Below are positions 23,150-37,025 of a stretch of DNA of 64,000 nt, piece after piece. A program made the translations under genes and the position numbers. Below the pieces are notes generated by a model that saw nothing but the letters and a program-made list of their open reading frames with translations, ran no database searches and was not told the DNA's origin. The DNA is from Cetorhinus maximus (Eukaryota). The DNA is taken from positions 81,902,001-81,966,000 of the forward strand of contig NC_135886.1 in the NCBI RefSeq assembly GCF_964194155.1. Reading direction: 5' to 3'. Positions within the stretch are counted from its first letter, which is position 1, and the number at the start of each line of letters is the position of its first letter.

Positions 23150-24850
23150 AACAAGATATGGTATCACTGACAAAGTGAGTATTTACTGCCCATCCGTAAA
23201 TTGCCCTTGAGGCGGTGAGTCACCTTCTTGAACAATTACAGTCCACGTGGTGAAGGTACTCCCACAGTGCTATTAGAAAGGGAGTTCCAGGATTTTGACC
23301 CAGTGACAATGAAGGAATGATGATAAATTTCCAAGTCAGGATGGTGTGCGACTTGGAGGGGAGCTTGGCGATGCGCCTGCTGCACTTATCCTTCTAGGTT
23401 GTAGCAGTTACAGATTTGGGAGGTGCTTTGAAAAAGCCTTAACAAGCTGTTGCAGTGCATCTTGTAGATGATACACGCTATAGCCACGGAGTGCCAGAAA
23501 TGGAGAGACTGAATATTTAAGGTGATGGATGGGATGCTGATCAAGCGGGCTACTTTGTCCTGAATAAGTTTATAGGTTCTTAAGCATTGTTGGAACTACA
23601 TGTATCCAGGCAAGCGCAGAGTATTCCATCACACTCCTGACTTGTGCCTTGTAGATAGTGGAAAGGCACTGGGGAGTCAGGAGGTGAGTTACTCGCCACA
23701 GAATTCCCAACCTCTGACCTCTTGTAGCCACAGTATGGATAGTCCAGCTGGGTTTCTGGTCAGTGATAACTCCTAGGGTGTTGATGGTGGGGCATTCGAT
23801 GATGGCTGAATGTCAAAAGGAGCTGGTTGGACTCTCACGTTGGAGATAATCATGGCCTAGCACTTCTGTAGCATAAATTGTACTTACCACTTATGTTGAA
23901 GGCTGATGTTGCCCAGGTCTTGCTGCATGTGACCACAGACTGCTATATTATTTGAGGAGTTGCAACAGGAACTGAACACTGCAGCCTTCAGTGGAAATCC
24001 CCACTTCTGACCTTATGTTGAAGGGAAAGTCATTGATGAAACTGCTGAAGATGATTGGGCCAAGGACACTCCCTTGAGGAACTCCTGCATCAATGTTCTC
24101 AGTCTGAGATGACTGAGCTTCAACAAACAGGACCATCTTCTTTTGTGCTAGGTATGACTCCAGCCAGTGGAGAGTTTTCCCCCCAATTCCATTTCACTTC
24201 AATCTTACTAGGGCCCTTTGATGCAAAGCTGGTCAAATGCTACCTTGATATTAAGAGCTACCACTCTCACCTTACATCTGGAATTCAGCTTCTTTGTCCA
24301 TGTTTGTAGCAAAGTTTTAATTAGGTTTTGAGGTCCTGGCTAAACGTAAAGTGAGGATCAGTGAGCAGTGAATAAATGCTGCTTGATACACTGTCAACAA
24401 CATCTTCCATCACCTTAGTGATGATTGAGAGTAGGTTGATGGGACGCTAATTGGCTGGATTAGATTTGTCCTGTATTTTCTGGACAGGATATACAGTTTT
24501 TCACTTTGCTGGGTAAATGCCAGTGCTGTACTGGCTGGGCACAGCTAATTCAGGAGCACAAGGTTTCAGCACTGCAGACAGAATGTTGTCAGGGCCCATA
24601 GCCTTTGCTTAGCAGTATCCTGATATCACATGAAGTGAGTCTATTTGGCTGAATACTGGCACCTGTAACACTGAGCACCTCAGGAGGAGGCCGGGACAGA
24701 TCTTCCACTCAGCACTTATGGCTAAGGATGGTCACAAATGCTTCAGCCTTGTCTTTTGCACCAATATGCTGGGCCCCTCCATCAGTGAGGATGAGGATAT
24801 TAATGAACCCTCTTCTTCCAATTGTTTTATTGTCTACCACTATTCACGAC
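23150..24850 (-). mobile_element. LINE fragment related to 6880-8645 (RT region and 3' end)
   Basis: ORF 23948-24136 has AGVPQGSVLGPIIFSSFINDFP. 3' part (aattgcccttgag..ggagttccaggattttgacccagtgac) matches 6940-7100. Confidence 0.85.
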
Positions 24851-24854
24851 TATA

Positions 24855-25045
24855 TTAAAAACAGAAAATGCTGGAAATACGCAGCAGAATCCGTGGAGGG
24901 AAAAACCGAGTTGATATTTCAGGCTGATGGCTTATCGACCTGAAGCACTAACTCTGTTTCTTTCTCCACAGAAGCTGCCAGACTTGCTGAGTATTTCCAG
25001 CATTCTCTGTTTTTATTTCCAGTATTCAAAGTGTTTTGCTTTAAT
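24855..25045. mobile_element. Short palindromic Penelope-like remnant
   Basis: aaaaacagaaaatgctggaaatac ... gtatttccagcattctctgttttt. Similar remnants at ~10255, 25590, 49945 and 53070. Confidence 0.6.
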
Positions 25046-25661
25046 ACCATTCACAACTATAAGAGCGAGGAGGTTAAAATCAGTAGATTCCTGGCTGCAA
25101 ATCCATTACCTACTTCTGAAACACAGGAGCCTATAATTTTTTCTCAGTTTACCAATTCCTCCAGGGCTTTTTCCCCACTCTACCTCTGCAACTTCCTCCA
25201 ACCTCAGCCTAACATCCAATTGTCCTTCAGTTCTGGACTCCAGTGCAGTCCCCAATATTCTTCACTTAACAGCAAAGCTTTCCTCTATCTAGGTACCACA
25301 TTCTGAAACTCCCTCCTAACAATCTTCTTTTCTATGGACTCACTATCTGTTGTGATGTTGCTTTCAACCTAGGACATCACAGCAAACTCAATCCTATTCT
25401 CACTTGACACCTATTTACTGAGGACAATGGTGGCACCCCTACTGCTCTCAAACTAAGATGATACCTATTGCTCTCAAATTGAGAATTGAAGACCAAATCT
25501 TGGTGGTCTTTAAAGCTCAGCTACTCAGTGGATTGATTCACTGAATGATCAGCGAATATCAAATTTAGAATAGACAATTCCAGGAATTAAAATAAAACCA
25601 AAAAATACTGTAAATATTCAGCAGGCCTGGCAGTATCTGTGGAGATAGAAACATAGTTAAC

Positions 25662-26676
25662 TGCCCAGATCTTCCAAGTAGCAGCAGCAACATGATTAGA
25701 TAGTTGCTGCATTCGTAAATTCCTCTAACTCAACGCTGCTGCGCATTTCTGCCAGGTCTTCCAAGCCTGGGTTCCAAGCGCAGCGCAGGGTCCATTGGAG
25801 AACTCAGTCGGAGCAGTCGGGTGAAGACAAGATACACCCCCTTTTTAGGGTACCTAGCTGCCGAATAGTAAGTTCCAGTTTGAATGTTAGTGAATGGGTA
25901 GGTGTGTGAGATAAGTAGGTAGGTGAGATAGGTAGGTAAATGGGCAGGGGTCTGGGTGGGTAAGGGTTAAGTGGATAGTGGGATAGCTGGGTAAGCTGAG
26001 TAAGGGCTACGTGGGTGAGGTGGCTGGGTGAGATGGGTAAATGGGTGGGTAATTGGGTAAGGGGTAGGTGGATGAGTAGGTAGTCAGGTTGGGGGAGGTA
26101 GTCAGGTCAGAGTTTTCATCTTGTGTGATCAGGAGGATAGTCAGGTTGGGTGGGTAGTCAGGTGGTTGGTAGGATAATTGGGTCAGGTAGGGAGGTGTGG
26201 TCAGGTCAGGGGGTAGTAGGGTGGTCGGGCGGGTAGTCAGGTGGTTGGAGGGGATATTCGGGTGGTTTGGGTGTAGTCAGGTGGGGCTGTGAGGGTGGTC
26301 AAGTCGGGAGGTGTTGTTGGGTCAGGTCAGGGGGTTGAAGGGTAGTCAGGACGGCGGGTGGTAGTCAGGTCTGGTCGTGGGGGGGTGGTTAGCAGGATAG
26401 TCAGGAGTGGGGTGGTGATTAGGGGATGTTAGACTAAGTTTTAATGTCTAATATTCACTGGGTAACTACCGAGATAAATGCCACGGAACTGTCCAAAGTC
26501 TCTGACCCTAACTCGGAGTTGGAGACGTGCACAGGGGAGCCTGTGGAACAGGGGAATTGAAACTTCCCGGGCAATTCCCACGTAGGTCTATGCATCCGGA
26601 CTTCCACAGGCCCCTGAGGCGCATCTTAGGTATTACATCTGGTCTCTGACAATCCTGAGACTGGAAGATTTGGCCC
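25662..26676. mobile_element. Non-autonomous TIR element with G-rich low-complexity core
   Basis: Ends TGCCCAGATCTTCC / GGAAGATTTGGCCC. Splits a Penelope-like remnant (agttaac|gtttcagg). Internal ggtagtcagg-type repeats 25895-26430. Confidence 0.6.
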
Positions 26677-27109
26677 AGTGTTTCAGGCCAAGGACTTTTC
26701 TTCAGAACTCCAGGAATTATATCATCAGCTGCAATATAGACAATGTTCTCTCCTCAACATATCACGATTTAATTCATTGGATGGTTTGAAAAAGAAACTT
26801 AAATTTAATGATTTTCACATCTTCAGAATGTCCAAGCTGCTTCACATTCGGTGAAGCACTTTTGAAGTTACTGTTAGCTAAACAAATTGGAGAACTATTT
26901 TCATGCAGCAAGACCCAGAGAAAGCAAGTCAACGCATGATCTGTTTTTGGTGGTGATACTTGAGGGCAGATTGCGGGAACATGCTGTGACCTTTGCATTT
27001 ATATTCTTTTCTGAAAATAGTTGTTGCTTCTTAAAGTGATAATTCTAATCACATAAAATTGGTGCAGCTGTACCCCTATCACTGTAGCATGCCTCTTGTT
27101 CTCTTACAG

Positions 27110-27219
27110 GTACACATTTGATGTCACCAAATGCATGTTCTCCTCAGGAAATATCACAGAGAAGCTCCGGGTCAGCTCTTTTGACTGCACAGAGGAGGTG
27201 GTTGTGGACCTGTATGCAG
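27110..27219 (+). CDS. TRMT12: TYW2 coding exon 5
   Basis: YTFDVTKCMFSSGNITEKLRVSSFDCTEEVVVDLYA(G). Acceptor cttacag, donor gtaaca, 110 nt. Start of SAM-binding motif I. Confidence 0.96.
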
Positions 27220-27794
27220 GTAACATTGAGAGTTAATGGCATGGACCGACAATGGGCTGAATGGCCCCCATCTGTGCTGTATGATCCTATAATGTCTTAC
27301 TGTTTGTAAAGAGGAAAGGTACCTTCTATTTCTGCAACATAACTGGTAATTTGAAGGAAAACCATATCCATTTTATCAATTAATTTGTTCAATTGGCACT
27401 CGCTTGGCAAAATTCCATTTTGCTCTTCATTTCAAGGGAGCTTAGATATAGTTTGGTATAGATGGTATAGATACAGTTTATTTTAATTTAAAGCACATTA
27501 TGTTAATTGAACTCTCACACAATCAGTGAATCTTCTCATACAGTGTCCCTGATGACATTTATTTAAACACAAGTGTTAGATGTGAACTCCAGGAGATGAC
27601 AGCCTTAACACACAATAAGTTTTAGTTTGTATATTGTATATATGATATATATTTTTGATGTTTTGGTGTTTGGTGCAAATCCTCTCCTCTCCAATTTGCC
27701 ATTACCCATTAGGTAAGAAATTCATGCAGTTTCACAATGTGCAGACCATTAGAATAATTAGCTTATTTGTTTATTTTCAGTTTCCTTTAGCACT

Positions 27795-28546
27795 TGTTAT
27801 GAGACAGCCTTTCGGTAAAGCTGAGTTATTTAAAAATCTCAGGGGGAAACTTTAAACAACGGTCATAACCTACATTTTAGAGTGGTATGTTTGAGATGCA
27901 ACTCTAAATTCAGGAATCAGACCGCCAATTCACGAGAGGTTTTATATTAAACTAAAGGAAATGTTTTATTAATTTACACAAGTTAAATATATACACATGA
28001 CTACAAATTACTAGTATCATAACTTTTAACAAATTCCCAAACTAATCTCCATTAAGGCAACAGCAACCCATAGACTTAACCAGGCCAGGCAAAGCATTTT
28101 CACCTTACGAACTCAAAATGAGATTCCTTTCACCTTGGTTCCTGTGGAGACAGTTGTAGGCTTACAGCTGCTTTGACCTTACATTGCCTCTGCCCCACAC
28201 ACACAAAACTGCTATCCTTATACCTAGCACAGCTCATTGAATGTAAATTCTCATTGTATCACCAGCCTCTTCTAACAATGAAATCCCTTTCATAGTACCA
28301 ATTTTATTAATAATATAACCATTGCTTGGTCTCTGCTAGCTAGGTGCCAGATTTCACCCCACTTCTTGAATGCTCTATTCAACAAAATGCAAATGCACTC
28401 TACCTTTCTTACATCTCAAAACTAGTACACTACAAAGCACCAAAACTAGCTGGCTTTAATCCAATTAAGACACACCCACAGACTAAAACATCTATTTTAA
28501 AAGAAAAATATTTTCCAATAATATATACATTAATAGCTTCATGACA
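27795..28546 (-). mobile_element. Solo LTR
   Basis: TGTTATG...CATGACA termini, 5-bp flanks GCACT/GTGCT. Reverse complement resembles the LTR at 62497. Confidence 0.7.
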
Positions 28547-28614
28547 GTGCTGAAGATGGGGAAGGTCATGATTGGAGAATGGAATATTCTATACCATTCT
28601 GTGCATAGTACACT

Positions 28615-28616
28615 AA

Positions 28617-28649
<33 letters not shown>

Positions 28650-28678
28650 TCTCGCTCTCTTGCTCTCTCTCTCTCTCA
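28615..28678. repeat. (CA)n(CT)n compound microsatellite
   Basis: Directly visible. Confidence 0.9.
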
Positions 28679-29453
28679 CTTCTAAGTCAGGTGCCACAGC
28701 AAATAATGTAATGTAAAGCTCTCTGTGCACTGCCTCTTCCAGGTCAAGTGTAACAATAGATGAAGTGCAGTTGTTTTGTAGAACTCTTTCAGGAAGTTGT
28801 CCTGCAGTGCTGGTTCCTGGCTTGGTGGGTACTGTTTATATTATCCTGTTTATATTGCAGGGCAGTTTCTATAGTAGCCTGTTTAACTTCAAAAATGCAT
28901 GTGCAGTTGCTTTGGTGTCTCTGTTTATAACTCCTAGGCAGGAGATTCAGTGGTTGGATCCATACAAATCAACAATCAAAACAAGTGGCATATGCCATTA
29001 CCAATGGCAATCTGCCTTTTCTTTGTCTTCTGTCGAGATACTACTGCTGACAGGAATGCCTGTGTAAACCAGCTCACAGTACCTCAGAAGAGCAACCTCC
29101 TTCAACAGCATGACATTTTACAAAATAAAAGACTTGCATTTCTTTTGCACCTTTCACAACCTCAGGACATCGAAAAGCATTTTACAGCTATTAGGTACTT
29201 TGAAGTATAGCCACTGAAGTGTAGTCACTCTTGTAATGTGAACTCTAGATATGAGTATTTCAATTGAAAACTAACCCTGTGTTATGATACTCAGAAAGGG
29301 AAATCATACATGGAATGTACCAGTATCAAAAATATAAGCAATATCAAAATAGTGTCATATTTTGTGAATCGTGTACTAGTAATTTGGTCTCATTATCATT
29401 ATCAGCCACATTTGTATTAAATTAATGTCCCTCGGTTAACTCTACCTCTGCAG

Positions 29454-29611
29454 GTATTGGTTATTTTACGTTACCATTTCTGATGCATGCGGGTGCAGCA
29501 TTTGTCCATGCCTGCGAGTGGAATCCACATGCAGTTGCTGCACTAATAAAGAATCTGGAATTGAACAAAGTGTCACACCGTTGTAGAATCCACAAAGGTG
29601 ACAACCGGCAG
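29454..29611 (+). CDS. TRMT12: TYW2 coding exon 6
   Basis: GIGYFTLPFLMHAGAAFVHACEWNPHAVAALIKNLELNKVSHRCRIHKGDNRQ. Acceptor ctctgcag, donor gtactg, 158 nt. Confidence 0.97.
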
Positions 29612-31179
29612 GTACTGTGTGATATGCCCGCTATTTCTCATTGATGGCCTTCTGTTTGAATCTTACAGGGTTTTCTGTATTTGGGTGGCCACAGCAGGAT
29701 AAATCTTGAAGAATCTCTTATCCCAAAGATAAAGCTAATGAATGTATTTTCCAAAAATTCAGCCTAAACCTAGTACTGTTTTCAGGTGCCTTCAATCTTT
29801 CAAGTTCTGATGCACAGGTGATGTTGATGTATATAGACTATTTGACTTAAGACTGTCAGCTCAGAATGGAAGAATATGCATTTAAATTTAACAAGCTATA
29901 AGTGAAATGAGTTCAGAAGAAACTCTTTGATTCCCCTACTCCCAGTAAGGATAGAACATATATCTAAGAAAACAGGTTGAAGCCAAGGCAGTAGTTCAGT
30001 TGGATAAATATCTAGTTTGAAATAGGATCGGTAATAATAGGGATTGGTACTTGCTAGGCTAATCCAATACGACAAAATGATTCTTCTGTACAGTGGGGTG
30101 GTAGGCACAGGGACAAAATATTGTCTAGTGAACAGCAGGTCAGAGTTTATTACTGGGGATGAGATAAATATTACTATATTATTATCCCACCATAATATTT
30201 TGAACTTTTGCCTTTTGGGGCTCGGAGTTTTTATGAAGATTTTCTTTGAGGAGTTGTGTTCTGTGGAATGGAGTAAATGATAGGTAGTTTATACATGATC
30301 TATGAATGAGTGGATTTGATAGGCTCAATGGTATCTTTTTGTTTTATGTTTTCTTAAGTTCCTGTCTAAACCTGAAGTGAAACTCAGCTGCAGGGATCCC
30401 TGAGTACATTCACTTCTAGCTCTGATGTTGGTGTATCAGACCAAATTTTCAGACCAATTGTGAACTTCTCCTTGAGCTTTTAAAACCCATGAGGAATTGC
30501 TATAAATCTGTTTGAATTTAGGGATGGAGAGGAGGAAAGAAAGATCAAAATTGAAGATATGCAAGGATTATTCTTAACCATCATGATTAGTATTTATGTC
30601 TCCTTTAACAGTAATTTGACCCTTACAGTTGCATTCTTCTTTAAAAGTCACTGCACCAACCATGAGAATAATTCTGCCTTTAACTCTGGTTATCCTGTTG
30701 AATGCCTAATATCCCACCATAGAGTTTGTGTAACGATGTATTATTTTAGTAAATTTCTTTTGCAGTATATAAAAAGTACAATTTCAGAATGCTAAATATT
30801 TTTACACTATATCATAGATAAACAAGAAATAAGTTTTACTGTGACATTTTAATTTCCCTACAGTATATGTTTTCCGTTAAGTACATTATGTTTTCTGGAA
30901 AGTATTAAGTAATTAACTTCAAAACTGAGATGATGAGAGTTGCTTCAAACTTTTCTTTTATATAATTGGACCTGGGCTTGAGTCCAGGCCCGATTGATGG
31001 AATAGAAGTCTGCTTCCTCTGCTGCCTATAAGGATCCTATATTCAGTTCCAAAGTTGTCAATAATTTGATACATATTGTCGATCTCAGTCACATAAGCCA
31101 CAGAATTGGTCATGTGCGAAATGGAAGCATTACACTGGTGTCATCGAAAAGCATTGGTGCTGTTGTGAAGTTAGAGTTA

Positions 31180-34100
31180 AGGCAGAATTTTGAGGTGGAA
31201 GAAAGTTGTGGCATAGGAGACGAGGGATATACCCCCTCCAGTTTTGCTCCTGACACTTCTGAGGACATGTCTACCAATGAGGCGCAGGAGCACGAGAGTC
31301 ACGTGACCACAAGTTGTGTCATCAAGCAAGCCATATGAATGTTGAAGATGTGCTTCAGGAGCCTAGATAGATCGAGAAACACCCTTCAGTACTCACCAGC
31401 GAGGGTGTGTACAGCATTGCACAGCAGAAAGGATTCCAGATTGAGGAGGACGAAGAAGATCGTAGAGGAGGGGGATGAAATTGGGGCACTCATTGCCAGA
31501 CCAAATGCTAACTGCTACCAAGGATACCCCAATACCAAGGTTCACCTAGTGTAAAACGTTAACAGGTGAAATCTTGCGGTCTGCTCCACCACCAGGAACT
31601 TGCCATCTGGACATGAGGCAGCTTGTTGGATACTGGCTGAATGACGCAATGGATGAAGAGTGGGAGCACTTTGAGTCAAGTCCCCACTTCCACGTTCCTG
31701 TTCACCATCACTCCTCTCCTGGGTCAACACCACATCACTCCTATCATTCTGCTGCAGGCCAGCTTGGTGAAGATCATTGATGTGTTTAAGGCCACTGATA
31801 TGGTCACCTTCTTTAAACCTCCTGTATGGCTGTGGTATGGCATGGACTCATTTGATAGCCTTAACTGAAGTTGTATGGAGATGGCCACACACTCCATGGC
31901 AATCATTCTCCCTTTTTCCTATGCCACTAATTCATCTGTGATCAGGTTGGAATCCTCCATCCTCTATGCTATTATGGAGAGTGTGCATTTCACAACTGCA
32001 TGTATCTGATAAGTAGCTTACTCCTTGTCAATCATGGCCCCTGAGGTACAGTATCTGTGTCTAGCTGGGATAAGCTTGGTGAATATTGCAGCCTCACAGC
32101 TGTCCTTTCCATCAGTGTCTGTTTGTGTTCACTTGTGAAGTATAAATCACCAGGTGAAAACCTAACTAACTGTCTTAAGTGGACCCACTGAAGCGCGGGT
32201 ATCTGTGCTGGTTCATGGCTTTGTGAGCTGTGATGGTGTCTCCTCAGAAGGAATGAGGTCCTCTTGAGGAATTTTCCTTATGTTGTCCTGCAATATTTGC
32301 TGTATGTCTATATGGAAGACAAAGGGATAAAGACTTACTTGTGGCAAAGTCACAATCTTGATAATTGCCATACTCAGTCTTCATACAGTTCCATCATTGA
32401 TGAAATAAAGTCAACATATGTGTGTCAGAGATATTTGTGATTCTGTCACCAGCTACCTCTCTGCAAGTTCTCTGCTGCTTTATCACTAATTGAAATGGAT
32501 GTAGATGTTGCTATAAATACAAACTTTATAAGAGTGTTATGTTTTGGGACTCTCCTCTATTTTACCCTAAATTAAAGGAAGGGGGTCATGTGACCTGTTC
32601 TGAATTCAGCCTGACAACAAGTTTGGGTGGCTTGGTTCTTAAAAGTTAAAGGGGGGCCCAGGACGTTTTACTGGGAAAAAGATGCAAGATAATCACACCT
32701 GTAAACAATCACCATAGCTAATAGTGGATAGACTTTTCGTCTCCAAGTCTCACAGGGAGATGTTAGGAATATCAGGCTTTATAAATGGTTATGCTTTAAA
32801 CTGTCTATTTAATTCCAAGATAGAATGGAGTTGGGGGTTTAGAAAATAGGTAATCAGCATTTCTACCTGGATACAAGGTCTGTGTGATTCATATTGCCAT
32901 GGAGATAAGCATTGAGAGGGGAAGAGTCCATAGCAAGCTATTGTAGTTTTGGCTTACAGAGTGTTCTAAGATATCACTGAACCTGACAGAGGGAATCTGA
33001 GGGAGGCAGAGAGATAAAGGCAGCCAGTCTCTATTGTTCACCATGCACAATGCGGGTGGGAGCTCGCGCTCAGATTGAAAAGACCAAGTTCATGAGGATT
33101 TAAGCAAGGTTGGATGGTTCATCTAGTTTTGACTAACGGGAGGAATCTCCAGGGTAAACCTCACTGAAAGTCAGTTGAGAGGTTAGAAATTATTAAGCTG
33201 GAAAAGGAAAGAGGAAGCAAGCCATTGAAAGCTGAGAATAGCTTTTGACCGGTTTCCAGAGAATGAGGTATCCACTCAGGGAAAAGTAAAGTATAACCGT
33301 GGCGGCGGATTGTCGGTTGTTTTAAATGTTAAATGGAGAAACTTTTCTGCAGTTTAGTGCGTACATTGCTTACTGAAATAGTGTTTAGTCAATGTTGCTT
33401 TTAGTTTGTTTGTTACAGTGTTGTGGATAAGATGGGAAAAGCGCGCAGTTAATTCTAGCATCACTTCCCCACAGGTCATAAGAATAGTTTAAAAGTTTGA
33501 TTTACCCATAAAACTGGCCATTTGTTACCCTTTGATACCATTATTCCCAACATAAAAAGACTCTAATCAGTAAACACAAAAAAATTGATTTATTATAAAA
33601 CAAACTACTTTTTTTAAAACAATTTAATAAACTGGTTAACATACAACCTGTCATTTAGATGTATAACAATTTTCCCCTTTTTAAAAAAAATTATATTTGA
33701 ACCCCCATACACACTCATGCAACACAGAACGGGTCAAAACAAACACAGTCCCTGCAGAGGCTGGAGTATGGGAATGTTTCTTTTAAACGGATAAATTTTG
33801 AAAAGATCTCAATGCTGTTGATCTTACAGAATTCTGGTCACAACAGGTCTGGAAGTTCCTTCAGATGAATTTTTTTGGTGAAACCGTCCTTGATGACTCT
33901 TATTTATCACAACTTTGCAGACTTTCAAAAACACAGTTGAGTTCTCTTGAGACATTTTTGAGGGAAGTTCAACACAAAAGTGGGGCAGAGAGAGGGAAAG
34001 AGAGAGTCTTTTTCTTGCAGCTTGCTTCTAAGGCACACCCACTCACTCTGACTGAGAGCTTTAAAGACTAAGATGTTCAAAGAATACTTCTCTTAGGCCA

Positions 34101-35280
34101 GGTTTTTTTACCCAATCAGCAAGAGTCTTTAGCCTGGCAACAGCAGTTCTTTGTTAATTTAGATATACAAAGTAACTCTTCCCTCTCCAAGTATTCCCAC
34201 TGGACATCTCTGTTGACCCGTGGTTTCTTGAAGAATAGCATATTCACAGCCCTGAATTAATCTTACAAACTTATAAAAATAACTCAGGAGAAACAACGTC
34301 CAAAATTCATTGTCCTTCAATTTTTTCAAAAACGGGTTCCTCCACGATAGTAAAAGGCTTAAAACTTGAAATCTTGTTGTGTGGTCCTCCCAGTCAGTCA
34401 CTGGAAATTAGAATAGCTTTCTAAAAGTTATCGGTCTGTACGGGGATCATAACAACGTGCTACTTATTTTCAGGCCACCTCCTTTGCGTCTGTGTATACA
34501 TGGTAGCCCACCTCCAGTCTCATCCCTCCCCCTTGCATTTGTGCCCCCTTCCCCTACCTGAGGTGGAAAAACAGAGCTGTTATTGAATGAAGGTCAGATA
34601 AACATCTGACAAATGTGGTGTATTCAGTGAGGGTGACTCTAAGACAGGTGTGTCACAGTGCATAAGGATTGGGGTGAGTGACAATGATGGTTGAATAAAT
34701 GGGATGGTGATAAGCTCCATAGAAAGTGCATGCTGGGTGTTGCAGAAAGTTTGAGTGGATGTGGAGAACATCTTAGCAAGACCATGAAAAAGGGTTTGGA
34801 GGCTGTGAGGTCAGGAGCAGGGTAGGGGAGTTCAAGCAGCAAATGTACTTACTATTCCTGACCTGGTTAGGTCACTAAACCACTTCCTACACAGCATCCA
34901 AGGCTGGGAAAAATGCTCTTGCTGCTCGCCTCTTCAGCCATCTCCAATCACTGTTTTTAAGTGAGCTGCAGGTTTCTTCTTTCTGTTACTGGGAAAAGTA
35001 TATCCTTCCTGATCCTGACATTCTAACAGCATTCTAGTGATACATCATTAAATCTGGGTGCTCTATGTGCACCAACCATCATGAACACCTCCAATTTCCA
35101 TCTGTGAATTATCCCTTTAAATACCATTGAGATTGCATTATGCAGATGCACATCATGCCTGCTGCACAGCTTGAAGATGCAAAACTCTGAAGTCAAAATG
35201 ATTTATTCCAATTGAGTTGCGATGGCAGTTTCTGAACCATTGAGTTGACTTCCAGGCTATGCTTATGCAATTGCATCCAT
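31180..35280. mobile_element. Second, heavily decayed Harbinger element with nested insertions
   Basis: Left TIR-like AGGCAGAATTTT ~31180. Transposase remnant on + (IKQAI*MLKMCFRSLDRSRNTLQYSPARV, 31290-31420). Myb remnant on - (RAPRFNDVSL..CRKWFSDLTRSG, ~34850-35065). Confidence 0.65.
32535..34454 (+). mobile_element. Solo-LTR-like element containing a second LTR-like insert (~33419-34349)
   Basis: Outer TGTTATG...CATAACA termini, inner TGTTGTGGA...TCCACGATA. TSDs not clearly preserved. Confidence 0.5.
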
Positions 35281-36096
35281 CAATCTGCATTTTACAGGCC
35301 CCCACTGGGTTTTTGGCAGGAGGCATGTAAAATAGGTCAGGTGGCTAGCCCACTGCCTTCCTGCCCATGCCCAGGCTCACCCCTGTAATATGCAAGGTGG
35401 GTGGGCGCCGAAATCGGCAGTCCACCATATTCAAATTAATAATTAAAGGTCAATTAGGCTTGTTAGCAAGGCTATTGACCTGAATAATATGCTGCCCATG
35501 CCATAATACAGTTGGCATGGGCAATCGAATGGGTGTGGGCAGGCCGTTTTTCAAGAACATGAACAAAGGAGGGAAGGAAGGGGGGCACCTCATTTAGGGG
35601 GCTCCCTGTGCACATCACGGGCACCACCCCAATATGTCACCACTCTTTCTGCATCCCCCGCCCCACTCCCTGGGCTCCGGGATTCCTCCCCACTCTAAAA
35701 CCCTGGGACTTACCTTCTCAGAGCAGCTATGATCTTCAGCCTTCATCCTGCAGTCCCAGCAAGCACCAGTACTGAGCTGTGGTGCTGTCAGGAGTGATGG
35801 AGCTTCCAGTCAATCAGATTCGCTGCCAGCTCCCAAGGACAGGGCTTCCTCCCAAGTGAGGGACGAAAGTCCCCCTGTCACAGAACTATCATATTTTCAT
35901 AATATTATTATGGGGTATTGTGAAGTAGGCTTATGTTTGTGTGTGTGTGTTTGGATGGTTCTGTCTGTGTGGCTGATTTAATTAAATTAGAGACGAATAG
36001 ACTGCAAGGTTGAAATTATCAAAAGAGTTAGGTGTAAAAGGGCATGTGAAATGCTAATGAGTGAACTAGGGTAAAGTCTCAGCAGGTAGGGTTTCC

Positions 36097-37025
36097 GGGG
36101 AGGCAATGTCGCTGGACTAGTAATCCAGACACCTAGAGCAATGGCGGGTTCAAATCCCACCATGGTAGATGGTGGAATTTGAATTCAATAAAAATCTGAA
36201 ATTAAAAGTCTAATGATGACCATGGGCTGAATTTTTCCGTCGGCAAGAAGGGGGCGGGGCCCGCTCACCGATGCAGGATGACATCAATTATCCAATTGAG
36301 GCCATTGACAGGATAATTAAAACAATTAAAGGCCCTGCCCGTCCAACCTTAAGGCTGGCGGGCAGGCCAGGAGCCCTGGCTGCAAATAGAGAAAACATGA
36401 AACCTCATCCACCGGCGGGATGAGGTTTCATGTCGGTTTTTAAAAAGTTTATTAAAGTTTTTGTGCAATTTATTAACATGTCCCATCTTGTGTGACATTG
36501 TCACATGAGGGGGACATGTTAATGATCTTTTTATTTTTCTATTTTTAAAGTTTGAAAACCTTTCAGCGATCTCCCTGAGGCAGCATTTTGCCTCAGGGAG
36601 ATGAGCGCTCTTTCACGCGCACGCGCGAAAGAGTACACTCTCGCCTTGGGGGAAACCACCACCCCCCTGCCGCCTGCACAGGAAGGGCATAGCGCTTCCT
36701 GGCGGATGTCACTAAGGCCCGCCCGCACAAAATGGCGGCGCGGCCCATTTCGGCGGCGGCGATTGGCTGCCCGCCCGCCCATCCGTCAAGGGCAAAATTC
36801 AGCCCCATGAAACCATTGTCGATTGTTGTAAAAACCCATCTGGTTCACTAATGTCCTTTAGGGAAGGAAATCTGCCGTCCTTACCTGGTCTGGCCTACAT
36901 GTGACTCCAGATCCACATCTATGTGGTTGACTCTTAAATGCCCTCTGAACAGGGCAATTAGAGATGGACAATAAATGCTGGCCTAACCAGTGACGCCCAC
37001 ATCCCATGAATGAATTTTTTTTTTT
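36097..37025 (+). mobile_element. tRNA-derived SINE interrupted by a MITE
   Basis: ctggactagtaatccag, B box GGTTCAAATCC. Body resumes at 36806 (catgaaacc) and ends in cacatcccatgaatgaa. Confidence 0.88.
36224..36805 (+). mobile_element. Harbinger-type MITE
   Basis: Perfect 12-bp TIR GGGCTGAATTTT / AAAATTCAGCCC, TSD CAT. Confidence 0.92.
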
